DNA of 64,000 nt. Origin: Malacoraja senta (Eukaryota). Below, piece by piece: positions 39,691-52,100 of this stretch (positions within the stretch are counted from its first letter, which is position 1; each line of letters starts with the position of its first letter). Location: NCBI GenBank assembly GCA_038087875.1, contig JAXLNO010000146.1, forward strand, positions 496,001-560,000, in the 5' to 3' direction. A program made the translations under genes and the position numbers. Under the pieces are notes generated by a model. It was given only the letters and a program-made list of their open reading frames with translations. It was not told where the DNA came from and made no database searches.

Positions 39691-40581
39691 GTGAGAACTT
39701 AATACATGATACAATCTGAATGGTGTAATTATATCCCAGACTAGACTAAGTGGGACCAGCATCACACGGGAGGGCTGGTCACCCAACGCAATATTCCACC
39801 TCTCCACCAATTCCAATATTGCTCGCCAGTAGGGGGGGAGGGGGGCTTTCTGTTGCATTAGTATAGGTGTTGTGGGCCGAAGGTACTGGTGTACAGAGGG
39901 CTAGTATGGACATTGTGGGCCGAATGGACTCATGGGCTGGCAGCTCAGTCGCTGAGGCCAGGCAGCTCAGTCACTGAGGGCTGGCAGTAGTTACTCAGAC
40001 CTGGCAGGGTGGCAGCTGAGAAACTGCCAGAAATTCTGCCCAATACAGGTGACAGACTGTGAGAGAGAAGGGGGAGAGGGTGGACTGAATGTAATATTGG
40101 GCTGGCAGTGCAGTCACTCACGGCTGGCGGGCTGGCAGTGCAGTCACTCACGCCTGGTCCCACCCCACAACCTCCCCCATGCACTCCCACAGCGCATCCA
40201 TTCCTGCCCATTAGGTTCCGATTATGATGAAGAACACACAGGCATGAAAAGCGGAAAAAGGATTTATTAAAGTTTAATATGTGAATGACTTTTAAAATAT
40301 AAGAACAATTTAAATGTTAAAGATGAGAATTATTAAGTTATTTCTTGTCGTGTCTCTTGTTGCTGCTCACTGCGTCGTTATGTGTGTAGACACAAACAGA
40401 CTCAAACAGACACACACAGACACACACAGTCTGAGAATTGAATACGTGAGAGGATTTGAATGGTGTAATTATATCCCAGACTAGACTAAGACACGCACAG
40501 ACACACACAGACTTGCACACACTCACAGACACACACAGACTCACACACACAGACTCACACACAAACACACACAGACTCACC

Positions 40582-40623
<42 letters not shown>

Positions 40624-40974
40624 CTCACTCACACACTCACACTCACTCACACAGAACCAATACTAAAATGCCAAGTAACCTCAGAACGTGGTGAACATAC
40701 AGTGTGTAAACCGAATGATTCAAACGTTTAAAGACTCCTGTCGAGGCTGATACTGCTGAAGCAAAAACGTGCTTTAAATAACGTCCAACAAACACACTCA
40801 ACATAGACAGAGCAGTCAGATCTCTTGAATTATTCAACGACGTCTTCACTATGCCTTCTGCAGTCAGCGCCATCTTGCCACGAACAGACTTGACACGAAC
40901 AGACACACACACACACAGACTCACACAGACTCACACAGACTCACACAGACACATACCGACTCACACATACCTTC

Positions 40975-43235
40975 AGTGTTTAAGAAGGAACTGCAGATGC
41001 TGGAAAATCGAAGGTAGACAAAATTGCTGGAGAAACGCAGCGGGTGCAGCAGCATCTATGGAGCGAAGGAAATAGGCAACGTTTCGGGCCGAAACCCTTC
41101 CTCAGACTGATGTAGGGTGGGGGGGGGGGACGCGGAGAAGAAAGGAAAAAGGAAGAGGAGGAGCCCGAGGGTTGAAGGAGAGCTGAGAATGGGAGGAGAC
41201 GGCAAGGGCTACCGGAAATTGGAGAATTCAATGTTTATGCCGCTAGGGTGCAGACTGTCCAAGCGGAATATGTGGTGCTGCTCCTCCAATTTCCGGTGGT
41301 ATTCACTCTGGCCATGGAGGAGGCCCAGGACAGAGAGGTCGGAATCGGAATGGGAGGGGGAGTTAAAGTGCTGAGCCTCCGGGAGACCGGGTTGGTTAAT
41401 GCGGACCGAGCGGAGGTGTTCGGCGAAACGATCTTGGTCTCACCGATGTAGATCAGCTGACATCTAGAGCAGCGGATGCAATAGATGAGGTTGGAGGAGA
41501 TGCAGGTGAACCTCTGTCGCACCTGGAACGACTGCTTGGTTCCTTGAATGGAGTCGAGGGTGGAGGTAAATCGACAAGTGTAGCATCTCTTGCGGTTGCA
41601 AGTGAAAGTGCACGGGGAGGGGGTGTTTCGGGAGGGAAGGGAAGAATTGACCAGGGAGTTACGGGGGGAGCGGTCTTTCTGGAAAGCAGACAGGGGGGAG
41701 ATGGGAAGATGTGGCAAGTGGTGGGGTCACGTTGGAGTTGGCGAAAATGACGGAGGACTATTTGTTGTATGTAACGGCCCGTGGGGTGAAAGGTGAAGAC
41801 TAGTGGGACTCTGCCCTTGTTACGAGTGGGGGGATGGGGGGAGAGAGAGCAGTGTTGCGGGGTATGGAAGAGACCCTGGTGAGAGCCTCATCTATAGTAG
41901 GGGAGGGGAACCCTCGTTCCCTGAAGAATGAGGACATTTCCGATGCCCTGATGTGGAACACCTCATCCTGGGAGCAGATGCGGCGTAGACGGAGGAATTG
42001 GGAGTAGGGGATGGAGTCCTTACAGGAAGCAGGAAGGGAAGAAGAGAAGCCCAGATAGCCATGGGAGTCAGTGGGTTTATAGTGAATGTCGGTCAGAAGT
42101 CTATCACCTGTGATGGAGATAGAGAGGTTAAGAAATGGTAGGGAAGTGTCGGAAATGGTCCAGGTGTATTTGAGTGCCGGATGGAAGTTAGTGGTGAAGC
42201 GGATGAAGTCAGTCAGTTGTGTGTGGGTGCAGGATGTAGCACCAAAGCAATCGTCGATGTAGCGGAGTTAGAGGTCGGGCATGGGGCCCTGGTACGCTTC
42301 GAAAAATGATTGTTCGACGTACCCGACAAAGAGGCAGACAAAGCTGGGGCCCATGCGCGTGCCCATAGCTATGCCTTATATTTGGAGTAAATGGGAGGAG
42401 ACAAACGAGAAGTAATTGAGGGTAAGGACCAATTCCGCTAGGCGGAGGATAGTATCAGTGGACGGGTATAGGTTGATTCTCCGATCGAGGAAGAATCGGA
42501 GGGCTTTGAGACCATCCTAGTGGGGGATGGAGGTGTATAGAGTGACTGGACGTCCATGGTGAAGATGAGGGGATGGGGGCCTAGAGAATGGAATGCCCGG
42601 AGACGACGGAGTGTCTGAGGTGTCTTGAATATAGGTAGTGAGGGATTTAACCAGGGGGGATAGGATGGAGTAAAGGTATGTGGAATTAAGTTCGGTAGGG
42701 CACGAACAGGCAGAGACAATGGGTCTACCAGGACAGTCAGGTTTGTGGATTTTGGGGAGAAGGTAATATAGGGCCGTGCGGGGCTGGGGAACGATGAGGT
42801 TGGAGGCTCGGGTGGGGGGCAGGGAGCGGTAGTTGATGAAGTCGGTGATGATGCAAGAGATAGAGGCCTGGTGCTCGTCTGTGGGCTCATGGTCCAGGGG
42901 TAAGTAGGAGGAGGTGTCCGAGAGTTGGCGCATGGCCTCAGCGTTGTAGAGATCGACGCGTTAGACCACCACGGCACCTCCCTTGTCGGCGGGTTGGATA
43001 ACCCAGTCTGGGTTGTTGTGTAGTGAGTCGATGGCTGTACGTTCAGGGGGGGGACAGATCGGAGTGAGACAGGGGAGTGGAGAAGTTGAGGCGCTTGATG
43101 TCCCGTCGGCAGTTTTGGATAAAAAGGTCTAAAGACGGAAGGCCATGAGGGGGGTCCAGGAGGAGGGGGTTCGTTGGAGACGGGAAAAGGGATCATCACT
43201 AGGAGGCGAGGACTAGGCCCCAAGGCCCCAAGGCC
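40975..43235 (-). mobile_element. Penelope-like retroelement (RT + GIY-YIG), 5'-truncated and decayed
   Basis: PKIHKPDCPGRPIVS, FTMDVQSLYT, G.AMGTRMGPS, YIDD, FTCISSNLIYCIRCSRCQLIYIGETK. Confidence 0.93.
41074..41110 (-). ncRNA. Minimal type I hammerhead ribozyme motif at the Penelope 3' end
   Basis: CAGU-CUGAGGA-A-GGGU(UUCG)GCCC-GAAA-CGUU-GCCU: CUGANGA and GAAA cores, stem II, palindromic ACGU stem III. Confidence 0.75.
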
Positions 43236-43857
43236 CCAAGCCAATTTGGCAAACACTTTGTAAACAACCAACACATATTCTGAAATGTCTTTAAAAGCCA
43301 AGCCAATTTGACAAACACTTAGCAAACAACCAACACATTTTCTGAAGTTTTTAAAAGCCAAGCCAATTCGGCAAACACTTTGCAAACAACCAACACATTT
43401 TCAGAAGAGTCTTTGAAAGCCAAGCCAATTTGGCAAACACTTTGCAAACAACCAACACATTTTCTGAAGAGTCTTTAAAAGCCAAGCCAATTTTGCAAAC
43501 ACTTTACAACCACGTCGAGGGGACTCACCGTGGAGTAGACGTGCGTTCTGTTATTCGCAGCTCAGAGAGCCGTGACCCTCTCGCTTCCTCCGTCTCGCAG
43601 AGACTGAGTGTGGCACGACACTTCCGGGTTTTGTAGTCCCTCCCCCCTGCCGCCAGCGGGGGCCGCAGAAAGAATGGCGATATTTTTTAAAACATTAATA
43701 AGTCTCTGATTTTTCATCGATGGGAAAAACCCTCCAGTCCAATCCGGCGGAGGGGGACTCTGAGCGTGGCGGCCAAAAATGACGGCCGATGTTCTCTCGG
43801 AAATCACGAAACAGTGAGGTGAAAGCGGTCAAGATCTTAGTTTTAGTAATATAGATG

Positions 43858-45105
43858 TAACAATACAATACAATACAATCAGTTTTATTCGTCACTTGCA
43901 CATAAAGTGCAAGTGAAATGAATTTACAACAGCGGTACGATGAAAAAAGAACACACAAAAACACAATAAAATTTTAACATAAACATCCACCACAGCATTC
44001 ATCACTCTGGTGGAAGGCACAAAATTGTCCAGTCCTTCTCCATTTCCCCCGTGGTCGGGACCTCAATCCTCTGCAGTCGCCGCTGCGTGCGTCCAGATGT
44101 GTAGACAATGTAATGTCCTGGTAAGTCCTAAATCGGTGCTTCCCTACCGGAGACCGCAGCTTCAGGTTGGTGTAGGCCGCAGGCCAGCGGTCGAAGATCA
44201 AAAGTCCCAGCCGCACCGCAGCCGGAAGCACCGCAGACCGCAGGGTCGGCGGTCGGAGCTCCGCTCCAAGGGTCCCCGCCGAGGGACCCCGCTCCTGATG
44301 GTAAAAGGCCTGTCTCACGAGTCTGCGGTCATTGGCGGCGAAACGGGAAGAATCTGCCGCCATAGACCGGGCACTCGTGAGAACGCACCATTCCGGGGCC
44401 GTGCGGCGTTGTTCCCAACACCGCACGGTGCTAAAATAAAACCTACACTGTTCAAAAATATTTTCCTACAGCACAGCCTCCACCAGTGATGCACAAGTGC
44501 GGCACGGCCGCCGCCACAGCCGCCGCCAGTGTGGCTCGAGCGCCGTGCGTCGAACTTGCACCGTCACAGCCTCCGCCAGTGAGGCACGTGGGCGGCACGG
44601 CCGCTGGCACATCCACCGCTACAGCGCCGCGATCAGGACGGCCGCCGCCACAGCCGCCGCTAGTGAGTCACGTGCGGCGGGCCGACGTCATCGCAGTCGG
44701 CCCGCCCTTTTTTTAACTTACCGCAAGCACATGGGACCAGCCGTATTTCAATCACTCGGTCCCCGCGCAGCATCCGTGCGGCGCTCCCGTGGCATAGGCT
44801 TGGCGCTCTCGGCGTTGCCGTGCGGTCCACTCTACAGGCGAAGCCGCGCTTCACCGCCGATGACCGCAACAACGTAAGACAGAGCCTTTAGTCCACGCCG
44901 CGCCCGCGGTAGAAGTTGGCCGCGGGCCGGCGGTCGGAGCTCCTCTCCTCCCGGGTCCCCAACGAGGGATCCCAGTCCCAGGACGCCGCGCCAGCTGGAA
45001 CTATGCAGACCGCGGCTTCAGGCTGCCGCGGGCCAGCGACCAGAGCGCTCCTCTCCGGCGACCCCCGGCGAGAGCTCGCCCGCTCCGTGACGAATGCATC
45101 CTCGC
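43858..45105 (-). mobile_element. GC-rich non-autonomous retroelement with (tattg)n tail
   Basis: Minus-strand 3' end atttcacttgcac..gtgacgaataaaactg followed by (attgt)n; similar layout to the 7950 and 8895 elements. Confidence 0.6.
44305..44888. mobile_element. Harbinger-like MITE with imperfect TIRs
   Basis: aaggcctgtctcacg..tgcggtcattggcggcgaa versus ttcaccgccgatgaccgca..cgtaagacagagcctt; TIR resembles the 34357 MITE; TSD not clean. Confidence 0.6.
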
Positions 45106-46559
45106 TTTAAAAGAGAACATTATCAATCTGGCTGACCGAATTCGTCAAGAGGCAGCCAAGATGCATGAAACAAGATGATAATAGGAGGAGTACGTTGTCT
45201 CTGCGGGGATGTCGAAAGGGATGGCTGGGATTGATGGGGATCTGTTTGATGCAAGGTTTAATTTTTCTCGTTACCATCATCCGAGTGTTGTTTGTTTATT
45301 ATGCGCTTCTGAAATGTCGCTGTGTGAGGAAGATGGAGCGAAGTATCCCATTTGTTTTGCTAAGTCACGTTCCCTGAGCATCAAGATGGTTTCGGGACAT
45401 GTATATTTAGAGGGTTTTCTATTTTCACGACTTCAATAGATATTGGCAGAGGAAGATCGTTGAATTTTAACTGTGTTCGGGAGGCATTTGATGTCGGGAA
45501 CAGGATTTCCCGTACAGGTAATTGAGAGATTGGAATTATTATGTGTCATGGGGACCATGGGCACATACAACAGAGAACCACGTCAGCCGACCCATCCTGA
45601 GCGCACCGACCATCGGCGATGGCAACACTGCGAAGAACGCGATGCCCAGATGCTTCTCATCATAGGCAGAGTTCCAAGTTATTTAGGTAAAATTAGTAGA
45701 TTATGCGTAAAGGCAACGCACCATTGTTGCTTCTGTGAAGGACCAGGTACTTGTACTTGTTCACTTAATCCAGTTTGATCTCTGCCATAACTGATCCTGA
45801 TGGTTGCATTACTTCACATTAACAGAGAAGGTTTATTTAGTACACTCATTGCCATCACGTTTCAACTCTACTACAGAGACAAATGTCCCTTCTCTTTTTC
45901 CGCTGTTCTGGGGAACTGGGCCGAGGGTATCGGACACGAAATATTAGCTACTTCTATTCCACCATTTTCTGTCACTATTTCAGATTTCCAACTAACATGT
46001 TGCTATTGTTTAGATTGTGTTGCTCTGCATCGGGAGGCGTGTAGGTTTGCCCTGGTCCTAATAGTTTCCTGAGCCGAACTCACCATTGTACATCTCAAGA
46101 GATGCAGAATTTAGGATTTCAATACGAATACATTGCACATATTCACAACTACAATAACACTGGTGCAATATTCCAAGCATCTCAATAAGTCTGTTATTTA
46201 CCAATGTAGCACAGTTTCAACATATCTGAATCATTATAGATTTCAGGTGTATGTTTAAACCTCCGTATCTCAATTAGCAATAACGAATGAAGAGCAACAG
46301 TTGTTCAACTAAACAAGGGAATAACAGTTCACGAGAAATTAGTGAATGTGTTCGCCAAGAATGCTTTGTGGGAAAATAACTAAAACATAATATATTGCTT
46401 CTCGTTTTAAGTTTATTGCAAAATGTGTCAGTTATCCATAAGAATAACGACAAAATATTACATTAAAAAGAAACCACTCATAAATCCTTACTTTATGCAA
46501 TGCTCATAGCGGCATTAAGGTTTCCCTGAGATATTAATAGACTTCAGTAGGTGACTGGG

Positions 46560-48408
46560 GTGTTTGCTAAATTTAATCAGAAAATAGATTATGTCCGACT
46601 GAAAGATCCGCACAGGATCCCGCTTAAAAAAACATTTGCCGTTCTAGCTAAAATGAAGATTACTCATAATGGTACTGTACGCTCGTTCACAGACCCCGAA
46701 AAAGCTTTTAAATATGCAGAGGATATCGTAAAGAACACTTCTGCTGAAGCGGCTGAAGTTCTTGACACGGATGAAGATTGATCGGTTTAACTTTTAGGAC
46801 TCATTAAGATGGCAGAATTTTCCAGACAGTTAGCAAGCTTATCTGTCTGGAAAGTGTTTGGGAGAGTACTGTCTATATTTCACCTTGAATGAAAAGCTTA
46901 AAGATAAACAAAAGACGTTGAAGACACAGAATTAACGAGGGAATGTATAATGGACATGGAACGACATGGAATATATAATCTGCTGATTTAAGAATTTTTT
47001 AAATTATTATACTCCAATTATAAATAATTAACGACTTTAACAAATTTAACACTACTAATTATTTGTGAATGGATGTAATAAATATGAATAAATCATGAAT
47101 AAATCATGAGACGGGGAAGGAGATCATTGATTTAAGTCACTAAAACGTCTATAACACAATTAACATAACTTGTTTATACTTTTTGGGTGGGTAGGAGTCG
47201 GTTGCAGCATATAACTGGAAGAGATTCTGTAGTGAGGTTTTGTTTAACCCCATGGTATCTGTTTGTATGTGTAAGAATCCTGCGTGGATATATATGGTAA
47301 AGCTTAGACTAGATTAAGGTTAGATAAATTGGAAGGGCATATATATTTATAAAATTGAACTTAGGTTGTGTTTTATATGTGTTTTTGTGTTTTTCATTTT
47401 TTATATCTCCCTTTGATTTTTTCTTTTTTGTTAATTATTTTTCGGTTTTTATTGGGGCTAGTTTGGTAAATTTATATAAGCAAAGATAAAATATGTAAAG
47501 GTCTGTAGTTTTTTATGAGGATCTATTAAGGAGTTGGAGCTCAATGTATAACAACATCAACGGAAGTCTATACATTTTTCGCCACCTTAGGTGGCCATTC
47601 GGCTTTAGGATATATTTTCTTAGATATCGTAAGAGCACATTGTTTCACTATAAAGACTTTTATTCGCACACTTTTTTTGTAATCAAGTTCATATCACAAC
47701 TTTCTTTTCTTTTTCAAAGGCACTGCACAAGAAGGAGATGCTATATAAATCTAAACATTTGGCATGACCACCCACCGCCCAGAACTCGGAGTTATTTGGT
47801 TGCACCATATGATTCAGGAATATTATTTTGATATATAATGCAAGACGATAGACAAAGAAAGAATGGAGGAATTACATTCTGTAGTTGGAATATAAGGGGT
47901 GCCAATGAACCAATTAAGAGGGGTAAACTTTTTGATCAACTAAAATCTATGAATAGCGACATCATGTTTATACAGGAAACTCACATGAAACAACAAACAC
48001 AAATGAGATTAAAGGCGAAGTGGATAGGTCAAACATATTATTCGTCATTTACTTCTAAATCTAGAGGTACGGCTATTCTTATCCGAAAAGGTATACCTTT
48101 TAAATTAAAGAATACTATATCAGATAAAGAGGGAAGGTATATTATAGTTTCGGAAGAAATTTATGCAACCCCGCTAACTATGATAAATATTTACACTCCG
48201 AACTTTGACAACCCCAAATTTTTTTGACAAAATAATAGATATAATATCAGAGTTTAATTATCAGAATGTGATAATAGGAGGGGACTTCAATTGTGTTTTA
48301 GATCCGTATCTAGACAATTCAGTAAAACAAAAGAGGAGTAATTTAAAATCTAAGACTAGTGAACTTTTAAATACATATATAAAAAGCACTAATATAGTAG
48401 ATGTATGG
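46560..48408 (+). mobile_element. L1-clade LINE fragment (ORF1 C-terminus, AT-rich spacer, ORF2 endonuclease)
   Basis: AKMKITHNGTVRSFTDPEKA; SWNIRG, FIQETH, SRGTAILI, DKEGRY, NIYTPN, IIGGDFN. Confidence 0.9.
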
Positions 48409-49159
48409 ACGCCATCTCTATGGCGCCACGGTACAGTCATCGCCAGAACATCTGGAGAAGAAGGCCTCCTATTGTTTGTCTACAGACCCACAATCAGTAT
48501 CACAATCCCAACCAAACCCATCTCCATATTCCTGTAACTTGCAGACATCACGCCCTCTGCCACTGACTCCCTGACTCGCACACAAAATCAGAAAGGGTAC
48601 GCGACAAATCATCGTCCGCGATCATTTTCAACATCGGCGCACAGAAAAGCCGCGTCGTCCACATCTTGCTCTCTCCCTGTACACTTACTGCTGTGTGACC
48701 AATTCTTGCTCAAACTACATTTACAGGTTTGTAGATAAATACACCGTGGTCAGCCGGATCTTACAAGGAGATTGAGATCTTCGTAGCATGATGTGAATGC
48801 AACAGCCTCTTCCCTCGTGTCTGAAAGACGAAAGAGCTAGGAATTGGACTTAAGAAGAGGTGGAGTGCATGAATCAATCTGCATCATAGTGCTGAGTTAG
48901 AAACTAGGTAGGCATGCAGATGTGTGAGAAGAGAGCACGGGAATGAGAATTACATGCAATTGCAAAAGTCATCATTCGGTCCACTATCTCACAAGGTATC
49001 ACTTGAAAAACCATAATTCAATCCGATGCAGAAATACTAAAACAATGACGATTTGTTAACGATGGTACAAAATTAACGATTCACATGTGTGCGAGTGCAT
49101 TGGATCGCAGTAATTATAAACGGAACATTCCAGTATTTATAAATTGTAATTATAAATTC

Positions 49160-52100
49160 AACTGAACATTCAAGGGTAGACGTCTTATCGAAGACAGACC
49201 GGTGCACAGAGCGGGTGTGGTAGCTCTGTTGGTGAGAAATGTAATTCAGTTCCTTGCGAGGGGTGACATCGATTCAGGAGATGTATGTCAGTATGGATAG
49301 ATCTGAGTAATTGTAAAGGTAAAACGACCCTAATGGGAGTTATCAACAGGCCCCCAAACAGTAGCCTGGATATAGGGTGCAAGTTGAATCAAGAGTTAAA
49401 ATTGGCATGTCATAAAGATAATGCTACGGTTGTTATTTGAGATTTCAACATGCAGGTAGACTGGGAAAATCAGGTTGGTACTGGACCCCAAGAAAGGGAG
49501 TTTGAGGAGTGCCTCCGTAATGATTTATTAGAGCAGCTTGTATTGGAGGCTACCAGGGAGGAGGCAATCTTCGATTTAGTGTTGTGTAATGAACCGGGTT
49601 TGATAAGGGAACTCGAGGTAATGGAGACATTACGAGGAAGTGAGCAAAATATGATAAGTTTTGATCTACAATTTGAGAGGGAGAAGGGTAAATCGGAGGT
49701 GTCAGTATTATAGTTGAACAAATGGGCTATGGTGACATGAGGGAGGAGCTGGCCAAAGTTGACTGGAAAGATACCCTAGTAGGGATGGGAGTGGACCAAA
49801 AATGACAGGTATTTCTGGGAATAATACAGAAGGTGTACAGAAGGTTCATTCCAAAGAGGAAGACAGATTCTAAGGGGAGTAAAGGGCGGCCGTGGCTGAC
49901 AAGTGAAGTCAGGGACAGTATAAAAATAAAAGAGAAAAATTATAACATAGCATAGGTGAGCGGGAAGCCAGAGAATTGGGTAACTTTTAAAGAGCAAATG
50001 AATATAACTAAAAAGGCAATACGGGAAGAAAATATGAGGTACGCGGATAAGCTAGCTACGAATATAAAGGAGGATAGTAAAAACTTCCTTAGGTATGTGA
50101 AGAGGAAAAAAATAGTTAAGACCAAATTTGGAGAATTGAAGACTGAAAATGGTGAATTTATTATGGGGAACAAGGAAATGGCAGACGAGGTAAACAGGTA
50201 CTATGGAACCGTCTTCACTAAGGAGGACACAAACAATCTCCCTGGTGTACTAGTGGCCATAGGATCTAGGATGATGGAGGATCTGATGAAATGCACATTA
50301 GGCAGGACATGGTATTGGGTAGATAGATGAGACTGAAGACCGATAAATCCCCAGGGCGTGATGGTCTGCATCCCAGGGTACTCAAGCAGGTGGCGCTGGA
50401 AATCGTGGATACATTGCTAATAATTTTCCAGTGTTCTATAGATTCAGGATCAGTTCATGTGGATTAGAGGGTAGCTAATGTTATCCCACTTTTTTTTAAA
50501 AAGCCGGAAAAAGAAAGGAAATTATAGACCAGTTAGCCTGACATCGGTGGTGCGGATGATACTGGAGTCAATTGCAAAAGATCAAATAGCGGCACCCTTG
50601 GATAGCAGTAGCAGGATCGGTCAGAGTTAGCATGGAGTTATGAAGGGGAAATCATACTTGACTAATCGTATGGTATTTTTTGTGGATGTAACTTGGAAAA
50701 TGGACAAGAGAAAGCCAGTGGATTTAGTGTACTTGGACTTTCAGAAAGCATTTGATAAGGTCCCTCATCGGAGATTAGTGGACAAAATGAGGGCACATGG
50801 TATTGGGGTAAAGAGCTGACATGGATAGAAAATTGGTTGGCAGACAGGAAACAAAGAGTAGGGATTAACGAGTCCCTTTGAGAATGACAGGCAGTGAATA
50901 GTGGGGTACCGCAAGGGTCTGTGCTGGGACCGCAGCTATTGACAATAAACTAGACTAAGTGGGATCCTTTGGGTCCCAGGTACACACGGGGGGCTGGTCT
51001 CCAAACGCAATATTCCACCTCTCCACCAATTCCAATATTGGTGGCCATTCGGGGAGGAGGGTTTTCTGGAGCGCTAGCATGAGTGTTGTGGGCCGAAGGG
51101 ATTGGTTTCCAGAGGGCCACTATGGACATTGTGGGCCGAATGGATTCCTGGGCTTGCAGTTCAGTCACTCAGTCACTCAGGTCTGGCAGTTCAGTCACTC
51201 GGGCTTGGCAGTTCAGTCACTCAGGCCTGGCGGGCTGGCAGCTCATTCACACAGAGCTGGTGGGCTGGCAGCTCAGGGCTGGTGGGCTGGCAGCTCAGAA
51301 ACTGCCAGAAATTCTGCTCAAAACAGGTGAAAGACTCTGTGAGAGAGAAGACGGAGAGGGTGGAGAATCAACTTTAGACATTTTTCATCAGATCACAGCA
51401 ATGAAGGAGGAAAGTCTGACCTGGAGTGGATCTCACTGTGAGCCAATGATGGGAGGGAGAAACATACTGGGGTGAGGTTTAATACTTACAGGGGGAATAC
51501 TTACTGATGGGCCGAAGGAACTCCTTCTGGGCTAGTACAGGCATGATGTGCCGAATGTACTCTTTAAATAAATCAGAGTGAAATCTCAGTTAAAGCCACT
51601 TTTTCTTGAATTTTCCCGGCCTGGCACATGCCATTTGGGCCAAAATACTCCTCCTGGGCTAATACGGTCATTTTCGGCAAAATGGACTAGTTTCTGGGCT
51701 AATAGGGGCCTTGTCGACCGAAATGAGTGGTTTTAGGTGGGCCAAAGATGGGCAGTCATGTGAGTCACTCACTCGCGGCTGGTGGGCTGGCAGTTGACTC
51801 ACGGCTGGCGGGCTCACACACAGACCATCACACACACATACCCTCCACCTCACACACACAATCCATCACACACACACAGACACCCTCCATCACACACTCA
51901 CACATTCATACATACACACACAGCCACACTCACACACACACAATATCCATCACACACTCACAGGCACACTCAGCCACCCTCCATCTCACACACACTGACT
52001 CACACACACTCACTCAAACAGACACAACATATATACGACAGTAAAATCTCATGAATCTACTCACGCGGCTGAGCGCGGCCTCTCCATCGAGCGGGACTTC

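Larger units (their letters stand above)
39741..43855 (-). mobile_element. Helitron-type sequence (3' end at 39741, 5' end at 43855) interrupted by a Penelope element
   Basis: A|CTAGactaagtgggacc at 39741; minus-strand A|TCTATATTACTAAAACTAAGATCTTGACC at 43855; ~60-bp tandem repeat at 43236-43505; CA-rich tracts. It is uncertain whether both ends belong to one copy. Confidence 0.6.

Noticed and set aside
43974..45110. Multiple GC-rich 100-160 aa ORFs (also 5969-6729, 7901-8272, 34080-34788)
   Set aside because: Stop-poor GC-rich repeats or MITEs with no recognisable domain.
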